Position numbers and translations under genes: made by a program. A stretch of 64,000 nucleotides of DNA from Myxococcota bacterium (GTDB lineage: Bacteria > Myxococcota_A > UBA796 > UBA2385): positions 160,001 through 224,000 of the forward strand of contig JBIJDH010000009.1 of NCBI GenBank assembly GCA_044344255.1, in the 5' to 3' direction. The notes under the pieces were generated by a model. The model saw only the letters and a list, made by a program, of their open reading frames with translations. It ran no database searches and was not told where the DNA came from. Positions 27,325 to 37,285 of the stretch are shown here, one piece after another (the stretch's first letter is position 1; every line of letters begins with the position of its first letter).

Positions 27325-27984
27325 ATGGGGGTCTTCAAAGGTTCGCTCACGGTCCGCCGATACCGTGTCATCGGCGAGGTCCCCGAGGACTTCCGCGTCC
27401 GCTATCCGGACGCCATGAACGATCACGCTCACAAAGAGCCCCGGAGCTGGGAGGTCGGCGTCGAGGCGGTCGGCTGGTGCCATGTGCACAACCTGCTCGA
27501 CACTGACTTCACCGTCCGTGACCGCTGGCTCTACAACCACTACATCACCGCCGCGGTGCGGGTCGACAAGAAGGCGCTGCCAGCGAGGCTCTTCAAGGCC
27601 CACATGGAGAAGCGGATCGCGGCCTGGTGCCAAGAGAACGGGCGGGCTCGGGCACCGAAGTCTGTGCGGGAGGAGCAGAAGCAGCTGCTCGAACAAGAGA
27701 TGCTCGTCAAGACGCTCCCCAGCGTGGCCACCACCGAATTCTGCTGGAATGTGATCGACGGCTACGTGACCTACCACGCCACCGCCGAGGCCTCGAACGA
27801 CCGCTTCCGGAAGCTGTTCCGCGCCACCTTCGGCTTGGTGTTGGCGCCGTTCTCGCCGCTCGACTTCCTCACCGATCAGCCAGAGATCGCCCACCTCCTC
27901 GAGTCTGCGGGAATCAGCGAATACCGTCCGGCTCCGAGCGAGGATGAGCACAGCGAGAGTGACCGTCGGGGAGGGCAGGACTGA
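27325..27984 (+). CDS. rdgC: RdgC-like protein, N-terminal part
   Basis: EAVGW, RVDKKALPA, K..REE.K..L…TLPS, FRKLFRATFGL, which resemble the RdgC N-terminal region. Confidence 0.7.
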   Translation: MGVFKGSLTVRRYRVIGEVPEDFRVRYPDAMNDHAHKEPRSWEVGVEAVGWCHVHNLLDTDFTVRDRWLYNHYITAAVRVDKKALPARLFKAHMEKRIAAWCQENGRARAPKSVREEQKQLLEQEMLVKTLPSVATTEFCWNVIDGYVTYHATAEASNDRFRKLFRATFGLVLAPFSPLDFLTDQPEIAHLLESAGISEYRPAPSEDEHSESDRRGGQD

Positions 27985-28541
27985 TGGAAGGAAGCACCGC
28001 GCAAGAGGGCACACCGGCCCATCCCCACCTCGCCACCGAGTTCTTCGTGTGGCTGTGGTACGTCACCGAGCGGGAGGGGGGCACCGTCAATCTCGGCGAA
28101 GAGGGCGGCGTCATCGAGGTCTTCGTCGATGAACGGATCTCCTTTCGCACCCGGGACGAAGACAAGGCCCGCGCCGTCCTCACCGGCGAGGACGCCTCCA
28201 CCTCCCTCGAGGCCCGCGCCGCGATGGCCAGCGGGAAGGTCGTGCGCGACCTCCGCCTCCGGATCCGTAAAGAGGAGCGGGAGTACTCTTTCACCCTCAA
28301 GGGGAACAACCTGGATCTCGCCGGCCTCAAGCTGCCCGCCCACTCCCCCGAGGGGGAGGACGAGCTGCTCTACGAGCGGATGTTCCTCTATGAGGAGGTC
28401 TGGTTTCTTCTGCGCGCCTTGTACCGGCGTTTTGCGGCGGAGCGCACCGCCGCAGAGTGGGGGCCTGGGATCCTTCACGACATGCGAGCGTGGGTCGGTG
28501 GCGCGCCGGCTCGGCCAGACCCCGACGAAGTCGAGGCTTGA
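27984..28541 (+). CDS. RdgC-like protein, C-terminal part
   Basis: EFFVWLW, EARAAMASGKVV…YSFTL. TGATG overlap with the previous gene. Confidence 0.6.
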   Translation: MEGSTAQEGTPAHPHLATEFFVWLWYVTEREGGTVNLGEEGGVIEVFVDERISFRTRDEDKARAVLTGEDASTSLEARAAMASGKVVRDLRLRIRKEEREYSFTLKGNNLDLAGLKLPAHSPEGEDELLYERMFLYEEVWFLLRALYRRFAAERTAAEWGPGILHDMRAWVGGAPARPDPDEVEA

Positions 28542-28566
28542 CCTAGGCGGGGATGCACGATATCAG
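28538..28566 (+). promoter_or_regulatory. Sigma70-like promoter for tRNA-Arg
   Basis: TTGACC-N17-TATCAG, 14 nt upstream of the tRNA. Confidence 0.55.
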
Positions 28567-28580
28567 GCCCCCGCCTTCGA

Positions 28581-28657
<77 letters not shown>

Positions 28658-28695
28658 CTTCAGTCTCGACGACCTTGAGCTGTATTTGAACGATG

Positions 28696-28728
28696 AACGG
28701 CCGGGGCACCCCCCGGCCGTTGTTGCTT
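28696..28728 (+). terminator. Intrinsic terminator after tRNA-Arg
   Basis: AACGGCCGGGG-CACC-CCCCGGCCGTT 11-bp stem followed by a GTTGCTT tail. Confidence 0.6.
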
Positions 28729-28747
28729 GCCGAATTGAGGGGTCTCC

Positions 28748-29257
28748 ATGCTCAGCGCCCTCCTCTGCACGCTCCTCGCCTCTGGCCCCGCCGTCGCCCA
28801 GGTCGCGGTCCCGGTCCCCACCCGCGGAGAGAAGGCCGGTGACGAGCGGCCGGGCGGCCCCTTTGGCCTCGGCGTGGCCCTGGGCTCCCCTACGGGGATC
28901 GCCACCTCCTTCTGGTTCAACGACTGGTCCAGCGTCCAGTTCTCGGTCGGCGGAAACCTCGGCCGTTACGGTGACGTCGGCGTGACCGGGGACTACCTCA
29001 TTCACTTCCGCCCCTTCCAGACGGAGAGCGCCGAGTACTCGGTCCCCCTCCACATCGGCGCGGGCATGAAGCTCGGCTCCAATATCGAGGAGCTGAGCGG
29101 CCTCGTGATGCTCGGCCCTCGGCTGAACGTCGGCGCCACGGTGATCGTGAAGGAGCTCCCGGTAGACCTCTTCGTGGACGTTGTCCCGACGCTGTTTGTG
29201 TACGAGGAATTGAGCTGGGCCTTCGACGGGCAGATCGGACTGAGGTACTACTTCTAA
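28748..29257 (+). CDS. Small outer-membrane beta-barrel-like protein
   Basis: Signal peptide, alternating beta strands, C-terminal GLRYYF. Confidence 0.65.
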   Translation: MLSALLCTLLASGPAVAQVAVPVPTRGEKAGDERPGGPFGLGVALGSPTGIATSFWFNDWSSVQFSVGGNLGRYGDVGVTGDYLIHFRPFQTESAEYSVPLHIGAGMKLGSNIEELSGLVMLGPRLNVGATVIVKELPVDLFVDVVPTLFVYEELSWAFDGQIGLRYYF

Positions 29258-29418
29258 GCGAGCCCTCCTTCGGAGCCCTTCGTCCAAGGGTCGCTCGACA
29301 AGACACCGAGTGAATCGCGCGCGAGCGCTGCCGGAGCGAGGAGAATGACGGCACCCACCGCCCTCCCTTGGTTCCCTTGCCGTGGCCCTACCTCGCCGCA
29401 GACGGGACTGGAGCCCAG

Positions 29419-30276
29419 GTGAAGGCGCGCTTCTGGGGCGTGCGAGGGTCCATCCCGGTGCCCGGCGCGGAGACCAGCCGCTACGGCGGCAACTCTTCGT
29501 GTATTGAGGTGACGGCCCGTGACGGCGGCGCGCTGGTGTTGGACGCCGGGACCGGCGCGCGTGCCCTCGGCCGAGACCTCCTGCGGCGCCGAGAAGGGAA
29601 CGTGAACGTACTGTTCACGCACTTCCACATGGACCACTTGTTCGGCTTCCCGTTCTTTGCGCCGATCTACACCCCCACCTGCGAGGTCACGGTGGCGGTG
29701 CCAGCCTACAGCGGTGTGGACGCCCAGAACAAGCTCGGGCGCTACCTGAACGGGGTGTTTCACCCTGTGCGGATCGGAGATGTGGCGGCTCGGATGCGCT
29801 TCGAAGGGGTCCGGCCAGGGCGGGCCTTCGAGCTCGGGCCCTTTCGCATCCAGGGCGTCAGCTTGAACCACCCCGGCGGCTCCATCGGCTACCGGGTGGA
29901 GGTGGACGGGCGGGTGATCGTGTACCTCACGGACACGGCCCCGCTCGCCAGACCGGACGAGGGGCTGGCCGCCGACAAGCCCGCCCCCGCCCCCGAGGCC
30001 CGCGTCGTCGAGGCCATGCGCGACGCCGACCTCGTCATCATGGACACGATGTTCTCGTGGGAGGAGTACATGGAGAAGATGACCTGGGGTCATTCTTATC
30101 CAGCCTACGCCGCCCGCCTGGCCGAGGAGGCCGGGGCCAAGGAGCTGGTGCTCTTTCACCACTCCCCAGAGGCCGAGGATGAAGAGCTCGACCGGCTCGG
30201 CGAACGCTGGGCCCAGTACGAGCCGCTCCGTGTCACCATGGCCAGGGAGGGGAGGATCGTGGACCTCGAGGGGTAA
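29419..30276 (+). CDS. MBL-fold metallo-hydrolase
   Basis: FWGVRGS, THFHMDH, HPGG, WGHS, LFHH. Confidence 0.9.
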   Translation: MKARFWGVRGSIPVPGAETSRYGGNSSCIEVTARDGGALVLDAGTGARALGRDLLRRREGNVNVLFTHFHMDHLFGFPFFAPIYTPTCEVTVAVPAYSGVDAQNKLGRYLNGVFHPVRIGDVAARMRFEGVRPGRAFELGPFRIQGVSLNHPGGSIGYRVEVDGRVIVYLTDTAPLARPDEGLAADKPAPAPEARVVEAMRDADLVIMDTMFSWEEYMEKMTWGHSYPAYAARLAEEAGAKELVLFHHSPEAEDEELDRLGERWAQYEPLRVTMAREGRIVDLEG

Positions 30277-30284
30277 CAAGCTGG

Positions 30285-30635
30285 GTGGACGTTTCGGTGG
30301 CGAGCAGCGTGCTCGCGGGGCCCCTCGTGCTCCTCGCGGCGCTTTGGGCCTGGTACATGCTGAACCGCCTCTGGCAGATCGAGGTCGAGGAGCGCGCCGC
30401 CGCGGCCCTCGCCTCGGTGGGTGAGCTCGGGCTGGTCCTCCGGCCGGCGGGCCTCCGCGCGCGGCGGGTGGCCGTGGGTCGCCTCTCCACCGGGGAGGAC
30501 GCGCGTGTGGTGTGGCGAGGAGGGCTCCGCGGGTTGCGCTGCCAGGTCTCGGTCCACGACCGAGAGGCCGAGACGCCGCTCCTGCTCGACCGGGAGGCCC
30601 TCACACAGGCCATCCAGGGCGTCCAAGGCCGCTGA
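30285..30635 (+). CDS. Small hypothetical membrane-anchored protein
   Basis: 116-aa ORF 8 nt after the MBL gene, with an N-terminal TM. Confidence 0.5.
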   Translation: MDVSVASSVLAGPLVLLAALWAWYMLNRLWQIEVEERAAAALASVGELGLVLRPAGLRARRVAVGRLSTGEDARVVWRGGLRGLRCQVSVHDREAETPLLLDREALTQAIQGVQGR

Positions 30636-30647
30636 AGCAGATGTGCC

Positions 30648-31811
30648 TCAGGCGCTCTGACGGAGGGCGCCCAGCTCGCGGGCCGTTCGTCGGTGGGCGT
30701 CGCGCTCCCGCGCGTAGGTGCGCAGCTTTCCGAGCACGTCGTCCAGGCGCGCCGGAGACTGATCACCGGGCTGGACCCGGGCCAGGGCGAGGCCGGCGCG
30801 GGCCTCCTCGAGGTAGGCGGAGGCGTAGTCCACGAGGGACTGCGTGCGCTGCCGCTCCATGACCAGCGCCGCGCGGTGTTCCTGGAGCTGGCTGAGGTGT
30901 CCCGCCGTGGCCACCTTACGGTCGCGGGTGAACTCGTCGGTCGTCGCCGCGGCCTCCTCGGTGAGGCGGAGGATGCGGGCGGGGAGGTCCTGCACGTCGA
31001 TGCCCTCGATCTCGACGTCGAGCCCCTGCAAGGTGACCTGGAGGCGGAAGATCCAGGCGGCCACCTCGCCGAGGCCGTCGCGGGTGTCGCGGTCCGGGGC
31101 GCGCTGCGCGAGGTCTTGATCGAGCTGTCGGGCGTGAAGACACACCCCCCGGTAGAGGGGCTGGAGGCTGCGCTCGATGACCGCGAGGCTCGGGATCCGC
31201 TGCGCGCTCAGGTAGCGGAGGCCGGCCACCGCGAGGCACTGAGCGCCGATGGCCCCGGAGACGAGGCCCCGCAGCAGCTCGCGGGGGGTGTCGAGGAGCG
31301 TCTCGGGCACGAGCGCGGTCGCGACCACCACGCCGAGGCCCACCGACGCGGCCCCGGCGAGGGCGCCCTGGAGCAGACGCTCCCTCTCGCGGGGCCCACC
31401 GTCGAGCCACACCGCGCCCAGCCCGGCCATCGCGCCGCCGACGACCACCTGGAGCGCCGTCAGGCCGGAGGTGGCTCCCCCGCCCACACCGGCGGACGAG
31501 AGGAGCACGGAGAGCGTCGAGGGGCCCCGGAGCAGGGCGCCGGAGAGCAGCGTCCCCGCGAAGACCAGCCCACCGACGCCGAGCGCCGGCCCAGGGCGGG
31601 TGATGAAGGCGGCGACGAGGCCGGCCGCCAGCACGAGCGCGAAGCTGATGTCCGGCCAGGCGGCGCCCAGCCCGGCCAGCGAGGTGGCGCCGGCGACCCC
31701 GGCCGCCGTGAGGGCCCAGGCCGCCTCCCGTCGGTACAGGCTGCGGGCCGAGGCGGGATCGAATCGATATCGCCCGACCGTCTCGACGGCGGGCTCAGCG
31801 GCTGTCGGCAC
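30648..31811 (-). CDS. Membrane protein with C-terminal coiled coil
   Basis: Several TM segments then a helical cytoplasmic domain. Overlaps the vWA gene stop. Confidence 0.65.
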   Translation of the reverse strand: MPTAAEPAVETVGRYRFDPASARSLYRREAAWALTAAGVAGATSLAGLGAAWPDISFALVLAAGLVAAFITRPGPALGVGGLVFAGTLLSGALLRGPSTLSVLLSSAGVGGGATSGLTALQVVVGGAMAGLGAVWLDGGPRERERLLQGALAGAASVGLGVVVATALVPETLLDTPRELLRGLVSGAIGAQCLAVAGLRYLSAQRIPSLAVIERSLQPLYRGVCLHARQLDQDLAQRAPDRDTRDGLGEVAAWIFRLQVTLQGLDVEIEGIDVQDLPARILRLTEEAAATTDEFTRDRKVATAGHLSQLQEHRAALVMERQRTQSLVDYASAYLEEARAGLALARVQPGDQSPARLDDVLGKLRTYARERDAHRRTARELGALRQSA

Positions 31812-33204
31812 GGGCCTCCTCCTTCGACTTCTTCAGCTGGTAATTTCCCGCCTCGGAGGAGGCCGGAGCCGCCGCGAAGGCCCCTCGCTGGCTGGCGTAA
31901 TGAGCGGCCTGCTCACCGAGGCCGGCGTCGCCCAGGGACACGCTGGCCTCGGTCAGCAGGTCCTCGGCCTCTTGGATGCGGGCCTGGTTGGCGAGGAGGT
32001 CGCCGTCCTGCCAGGCCCGGGCGCCCGCGTCGAGGAGCTGGGCGGAGCGGGCCTGCACCGCCTTACGCGCCACGCCCCGATCGACCGAGGCCCGCGCCTG
32101 CCCGGGGTCGGGGGTGATGGTGGCCACGACGCGGTCACCGGTAGACACCCCGTCGCCAGAGTCGGGATCGGCGTAGCGCAGCGAGACGTCGGCGATCGAG
32201 ACCGGCCCGAGGTCTCGGTCGGGGACGTGGACGCGGGCCACGATCTTGCGGGTCTCACCGCCGTGGATGTCGCCGAGGAAGACGTGGTAGCCGTCCCGAT
32301 CGCGGGATCCGGCGTAGCCGTAGATCTCCGCCACCTCGACGCCAGGCGGGAGCTTGAGGTCGACGGTCGCGGCCCGGCCGGCGATGCTCGTCATCTGGCG
32401 GAGCTCGGCGGTGAAGAGCTCGGCGAGCTGGCCCGGTCGATCGACGAAGCGGTAGCTCCCGCCGCCCGCGTCCCCCATCGCCGCGAGCAGGTCCTCGTTG
32501 AATTCGAGGCCGAGGCCGAGCGCGCTCACCGTGACCCCCTCTGAAGCGAGCGAGCCCGCCTGGCGGACGAGCTCGGCGGGCTGCGTGACGCCGATGTTGG
32601 CCATGCCGTCCGAGAGGATGACCACGCGCTTGACCGCCTCCTCAGCCGGATCGCGGAGCTGGGAGAGGCCCATCTCCAGGCCGTCCCAGAGGTTCGTGCC
32701 GCCGGCGGGCTTGATGCCCTGAATGAGCGTCTTGAGCTGGGGGGCGTCCACGGGGCCGGAGGGGGCGAGGAGCTTCGCCCGATCCGAGAAGGTGACGAGG
32801 GAGAAGCGGTCCTCCGGTCGGAGCAAGTCAACCAGCTCAGCGGCGGCCATCCGCGCGTTCTCCATCTTGCCGCGGGCGGCCATCGAGCCCGAGACGTCCA
32901 TCACCACGGCGAGGCTGACCGGCCGGCGGAGGTCGCCCTGCAGCTCGGGGGCGATCACCTCGACGACGAGGTAGCGGTCTTCGCCGGCCCCTTGGAGGAT
33001 CGAGCCCTGATCGAGGGAGGCATCGACCCGCAGCGCGCCCACGCCGGTCGGGACCGTCGGCGGGGCCTCGGGGGGCAGCGGCAGGTCGGGCGTCGGGGGC
33101 TGCGGTGCGCCTCCGCCGAGGCCGCCCACCCGCCAGTTAGGGACCAGGGCCGCCGTGAGGAGGGCGGCGCCCGCCAGGGCCAGGGTGAGGGACGAGCGGT
33201 TCAT
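31795..33204 (-). CDS. vWA domain protein (YfbK-like)
   Basis: MIDAS DVSGSM, GGTN, LSDG. N-terminal signal/anchor. Confidence 0.88.
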   Translation of the reverse strand: MNRSSLTLALAGAALLTAALVPNWRVGGLGGGAPQPPTPDLPLPPEAPPTVPTGVGALRVDASLDQGSILQGAGEDRYLVVEVIAPELQGDLRRPVSLAVVMDVSGSMAARGKMENARMAAAELVDLLRPEDRFSLVTFSDRAKLLAPSGPVDAPQLKTLIQGIKPAGGTNLWDGLEMGLSQLRDPAEEAVKRVVILSDGMANIGVTQPAELVRQAGSLASEGVTVSALGLGLEFNEDLLAAMGDAGGGSYRFVDRPGQLAELFTAELRQMTSIAGRAATVDLKLPPGVEVAEIYGYAGSRDRDGYHVFLGDIHGGETRKIVARVHVPDRDLGPVSIADVSLRYADPDSGDGVSTGDRVVATITPDPGQARASVDRGVARKAVQARSAQLLDAGARAWQDGDLLANQARIQEAEDLLTEASVSLGDAGLGEQAAHYASQRGAFAAAPASSEAGNYQLKKSKEEARADSR

Positions 33205-33335
33205 GGGGGCCTCCGAGGTCGCGGATCGCTGTAGTGCAGGACAACGACCGGGAGAACCAGTTCCTTACACCTGCATCATCGCCACACCGTCACCCACGCC
33301 ATCCGCCGGCTCGGCTCGGCTCGGCGACCCGGCGC

Positions 33336-34154
33336 TCAGACCCAGGCGTTGTTCATGATCTCGCCCACACCGCCCGCGCCGGGCACGATGTACTGGGTCC
33401 CGTTGAGGCCCACCTCATCGGTCCACCGCGCGCCGGGCTCGGCCTCGAGGACGTCGCCCGCGGAGAGCCCCCGATCGAGGCGGATGGCCACCACGTCGAG
33501 GTCAGGGAACTCCTGGGTCACTCGCATCAGGTATTCGGGCGTGACGATCAGGTGCACCGCCACCACCCTGCGGGGCGGCCCGCCCTCGAGGCCGTGGTAA
33601 CGGCGGATGACGGCCGAGAGGCTCGAACCGGTGGCGGCCATCGGATCGGGGATGAGGACCGTCGCGCCGGCGACCGGCCCACCGATCTTGCTGGCGTCCA
33701 TCTGCACGCCGACCACCTGGTGCTCGGCGTTCGTGGCCCGGCTCGAGACGATGTGGTCCTGGCGGAGGCCGTCGGGGTCGATGATCTGGTGGAGCCCGTG
33801 GTACAGCCGGTGTGAGGGCAAGATCCCCGCTCGGGCGATGTCGACCACCACCACCTGCTGCGCGCGATCGATACACTCGCCGCGGTAGACGGCCTCGGCG
33901 GGGTGCAGGCGCGCCATGCGGGTCGGCACCTCCACCGGCTTCGTCGTCAGGAAGCGGCTCGAGACCTCGGCCAGGAGCCAGTCATAGAGCGCGCAGACGA
34001 GGTCATTGATCTGGGGCTGCACCGTTGGCTCCGCGCAGAGCCGGGTCAGCATCGACATCGGATAGGGCTCGCTCAGGATGTGCACCCGAGGTCCGTACTG
34101 GTGCTGGAGCCCGCCGGCGGGCCGCGGGAGGTTCTGGTACTGGGAGTCGGACAT
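33336..34154 (-). CDS. upp: Uracil phosphoribosyltransferase
   Basis: IARAG, DPMAATGSS, YIVPGAGGVG. Confidence 0.85.
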   Translation of the reverse strand: MSDSQYQNLPRPAGGLQHQYGPRVHILSEPYPMSMLTRLCAEPTVQPQINDLVCALYDWLLAEVSSRFLTTKPVEVPTRMARLHPAEAVYRGECIDRAQQVVVVDIARAGILPSHRLYHGLHQIIDPDGLRQDHIVSSRATNAEHQVVGVQMDASKIGGPVAGATVLIPDPMAATGSSLSAVIRRYHGLEGGPPRRVVAVHLIVTPEYLMRVTQEFPDLDVVAIRLDRGLSAGDVLEAEPGARWTDEVGLNGTQYIVPGAGGVGEIMNNAWV

Positions 34155-34172
34155 CAGGCGCTCCGCGGCGGT

Positions 34173-36059
34173 TCAGCCGGAAGGTGAGGGGGCGTCCAGC
34201 CAATCCACCAGCAGCTCGACCGTGCGCAGCACGGTGTCGAGGGTGCCATCCTGGACGAGGCGGGTCGCGAAGGGGAGGGGGCCGGGGAGGTCACGCTCAG
34301 AGACAAGGAGGGCGGCGCCGACCTCCGGGGCCTCGACCACGCGAAGCAGCGGGTCAACCACTCCTCGATCGCGGAGCCGCGCGAAGGGGTCGCCGGCCAA
34401 GAGATCGTGGTGCTCGGCGAGGAGGTCGGAGAGGAGGGCCGGCGCTTGGGCCAGCCGCGGCGGCTCACCTTTGAGCAGGCCGCCCAGCCGATCGACGATG
34501 CGCCAGGTCTCGTCCGCCTGGAGCAGCGGCGAGGCGAGCGGGAGGAGCGTGCTCCAGGCCGAACCCTCACCGACGATCGCGGCCTCCACGACGGCGAGGG
34601 CCACGGGGAGGTCCATCGGACGGGCGCCATCTGGGCAGCCGGCGGTGTCTAGCTCGCTCGGGTCTATGATGATGTGCAGCAGGCCTGCAAAGGCGGCGTC
34701 GGCGCCGGGGGCGCCCTCCACGGCCACCAGCAAGGCCTCGATGGGGGGCAGCATCCCGCGGTCCCAGGCGAGATCGACGACACCGACGACGCTTGGGATG
34801 CGGCTCTCGTCGCCGCCGTCTTGGCGCACCGCGGCGAGCAGATCGAGCATCACCCGCAGCAGGGGCAGGGAGGGTTCGTCGCTCAGGCGGTCCACGGCGG
34901 CGAGGTCTTCGACCATGTCACTCGACAGCCCGTCGCAGACGCCGAGGTCCGCCCCGGTGCGGAGCAGGAAGTCGAGCAGCGCGTTGTCGAGCAGCCCAGC
35001 GAGGATGGGGATGCCGGCCTCTACGGTGTCAGCGGGGATGAGGGCGAGGAGGTCGAGCACGAGCACCGCGAGGTTGTCGGTCGAGACCAACCCGCAGTCC
35101 ACCGGCCCGTTCGCGCTCGCCAAGAGCCGGATGAAGCGGGAGAGGGCCGAGACCTCGCCCACACCGAGCGCGCCGCCGTCGACGTCCACGATCGCGAGGT
35201 GGGTGACGCCCGAGAGGATGGGCAACATGTCGCCCGCGGCGTCGCGCTCGATCATCCGCTCGGTGAGATCGTCGATCACCGCATGATCGGAGAGGATGAT
35301 GCGCAGATCGTCGCTCGCTGCGGCGAAGAAGGTCCCGCCCGCCGGGGAGGCGACGAGGATCCCCGTCAGGTCTCGGAGGGCCGGCGCCGCGAGGACCATC
35401 GCCGGGCCGAGGTGCTCTGCGAGGGCAGCACGCGTGTCCGCGGTGGCCTCGGACCGCATCAGCCCCTGATAAGTGCATACGGCGTCGTCCAGGTGGGGCG
35501 AGGCGGGCAGATCGGCGACAAAGGCCAATATATCGTCGCCTTCGTCGAGGAGCACCGCGGAGGAGAGGGACAACAGCGGCACAGCGGGGGCGATGAGCCC
35601 CCCCGCGACCGCGCTGCCCTCGGCCTGCCCCCAAGGGTCGAGCGCCTCCACCTGCTCGTAGGGGCGGGCATAGACGAGCTCGACGAACATCTCGGCGACC
35701 AGGGGCACCCGATCGACGTTCTCCTCATACAGCGCCATGAGCCCTTCGAACAGGCCGGCGAGATCGACCTCTCCGTCACCGGCCTCGGCCGCGAGGCCCA
35801 CGAGCTCTCCACCCACCGTCTGTCCGCCGCGGGTGGGCGCGTCGAGGGCGACGTCCAGGGAGGAGAGGGGATCGAAGTCGCCCGTGCGGTTCAGACAGTC
35901 GAAGAGCGTATGGAGCTCGGTGTTATCGGCCGCATCCACCCCGTCCCCGAGGTTGACCTCCCAACAGGGGCCGGCAGGCACGAGCTGATCGGACCAACGG
36001 GGCGTCGTGTCAGGACCGCACCCGCCCAACACAAGGAAGAGCGGGGTGGCCAGCCTCAC
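34173..36059 (-). CDS. Large alpha-helical lipoprotein of unknown function
   Basis: GTG start then lipobox VLGGC. Leu/Asp-rich helical body. Confidence 0.65.
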   Translation of the reverse strand: MRLATPLFLVLGGCGPDTTPRWSDQLVPAGPCWEVNLGDGVDAADNTELHTLFDCLNRTGDFDPLSSLDVALDAPTRGGQTVGGELVGLAAEAGDGEVDLAGLFEGLMALYEENVDRVPLVAEMFVELVYARPYEQVEALDPWGQAEGSAVAGGLIAPAVPLLSLSSAVLLDEGDDILAFVADLPASPHLDDAVCTYQGLMRSEATADTRAALAEHLGPAMVLAAPALRDLTGILVASPAGGTFFAAASDDLRIILSDHAVIDDLTERMIERDAAGDMLPILSGVTHLAIVDVDGGALGVGEVSALSRFIRLLASANGPVDCGLVSTDNLAVLVLDLLALIPADTVEAGIPILAGLLDNALLDFLLRTGADLGVCDGLSSDMVEDLAAVDRLSDEPSLPLLRVMLDLLAAVRQDGGDESRIPSVVGVVDLAWDRGMLPPIEALLVAVEGAPGADAAFAGLLHIIIDPSELDTAGCPDGARPMDLPVALAVVEAAIVGEGSAWSTLLPLASPLLQADETWRIVDRLGGLLKGEPPRLAQAPALLSDLLAEHHDLLAGDPFARLRDRGVVDPLLRVVEAPEVGAALLVSERDLPGPLPFATRLVQDGTLDTVLRTVELLVDWLDAPSPSG

Positions 36060-36069
36060 GAGCGCACTC

Positions 36070-36669
36070 TCAGTCGAACATGTAGCGGAGACCGACGTAG
36101 ACGTTCTCGCCCACGTAGAACCGCTTTCGGTACCGACCGGTGAAGGCGAGGTTCGCGGCGAGCTGGAAGTTGTCCCCAAGCATCTTGCTCACGCCGACCG
36201 CGGGCTCGAAGACGAGGAACTCGCTCTTGTCGAGGGTGGCGAAGCCAGAGCCTACCATCGTGGTCAAGATGAGCTGGGTGTCGGTGGGGTCACCATAGAG
36301 GCCCCACTGGGCGCCGATCGTCATCACGCCGACCTTCCGGATGGGCTGCTCAGCGTCGGGCGGGAAGGTGTACTCGTGGCTCTTGTCTTCCTGGCTGAGG
36401 TCAGGGGTGTTCAAGGGCATGTCGCCGAGGAAGTAAATGCGGGCCATACCGTTGACCCGGTCCTCCCGGTCACCGAGGAGGACCTCGCCGCCGAGGGAGA
36501 AGTTGGGGCGATGCTGGACGTCCACGCCCTGCTCGCCGTCGTCCCGGTAGTAGTAGGCCCGCCCCTCATGCAGTCCACCCGCGCCGAGGAGACCGAAGCC
36601 GCCCGCGTAGGCCACACCAGAGCTGAGGAGGAGGGCAAGCCCGGCACCGATCGTGGGGAGAGAGCGCAT
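36070..36669 (-). CDS. Outer-membrane beta-barrel-like protein
   Basis: Signal peptide …AYA, amphipathic strands, ends YVGLRYMFD. Confidence 0.65.
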   Translation of the reverse strand: MRSLPTIGAGLALLLSSGVAYAGGFGLLGAGGLHEGRAYYYRDDGEQGVDVQHRPNFSLGGEVLLGDREDRVNGMARIYFLGDMPLNTPDLSQEDKSHEYTFPPDAEQPIRKVGVMTIGAQWGLYGDPTDTQLILTTMVGSGFATLDKSEFLVFEPAVGVSKMLGDNFQLAANLAFTGRYRKRFYVGENVYVGLRYMFD

Positions 36670-36792
36670 GAGTCGTCCACACCAGGTCGAAGATTTGGGT
36701 CGGGATCATCGCCGTGAGATGGCCCGGGCATCTCATATAGGCATGCTTCGATTGCATAGCCGATCGGTGGGCCTTCGGGCAAGGGTAGGCCC

Positions 36793-37272
36793 TCAGCCGC
36801 TGTCCGCCGTATCACCCGCGACCGGCGCGGCCTGAACCTCGAAGGGCACCGTGTTGCTCTGCCCGTGGGCGTTTAAGATCCAGAGCGTGGTGGCCCCTGC
36901 GGGGGCCTCGGGCACCGTGAAGGTGAACGACTCCACGCAGGTCGTCGCGCAGACCTGATCGCAGTCGTCGCAGTCCCCGCAGGCGAGGCAGTCTGCGGCG
37001 GCGCGACACTCGTCACAGCCCGCGCTCCCGTCGGCCTGGTCGGCCTCACAGCTGCTTCGATCGAGCGACTCGAGCGGCACTGGCAGCCCGCCCAGGTACA
37101 GCGCGGTGTCGTAGTCGGCCGTCAGCGGGCTGCCGCGCACCGTCACCAAGGTGCCCGGCACCCCAGCCGCCGGCTCCGGCGCCTGCAAGGTGATGTCGCA
37201 GCGCTGCGCGAGGGGAGTGGAGGTGGAGGAGCAGGCCACGAGGGCCAGCACCACGAGGAGACACCGCTTCAT
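36793..37272 (-). CDS. Cys-rich lipoprotein with IPT/TIG-like fold
   Basis: Lipobox LVAC, P…GTLVTVRG…FTVP…GQSN.VPF.V, 10 further Cys. Confidence 0.7.
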   Translation of the reverse strand: MKRCLLVVLALVACSSTSTPLAQRCDITLQAPEPAAGVPGTLVTVRGSPLTADYDTALYLGGLPVPLESLDRSSCEADQADGSAGCDECRAAADCLACGDCDDCDQVCATTCVESFTFTVPEAPAGATTLWILNAHGQSNTVPFEVQAAPVAGDTADSG

Positions 37273-37285
37273 CGAGACCACCTGT

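Noticed and set aside
36670..36792. Hairpins TGAGATG/CATCTCA and GGGCCT/AGGCCC in an intergenic gap
   Set aside because: Short stems consistent with ordinary mRNA processing or termination elements. Not enough to call an ncRNA.
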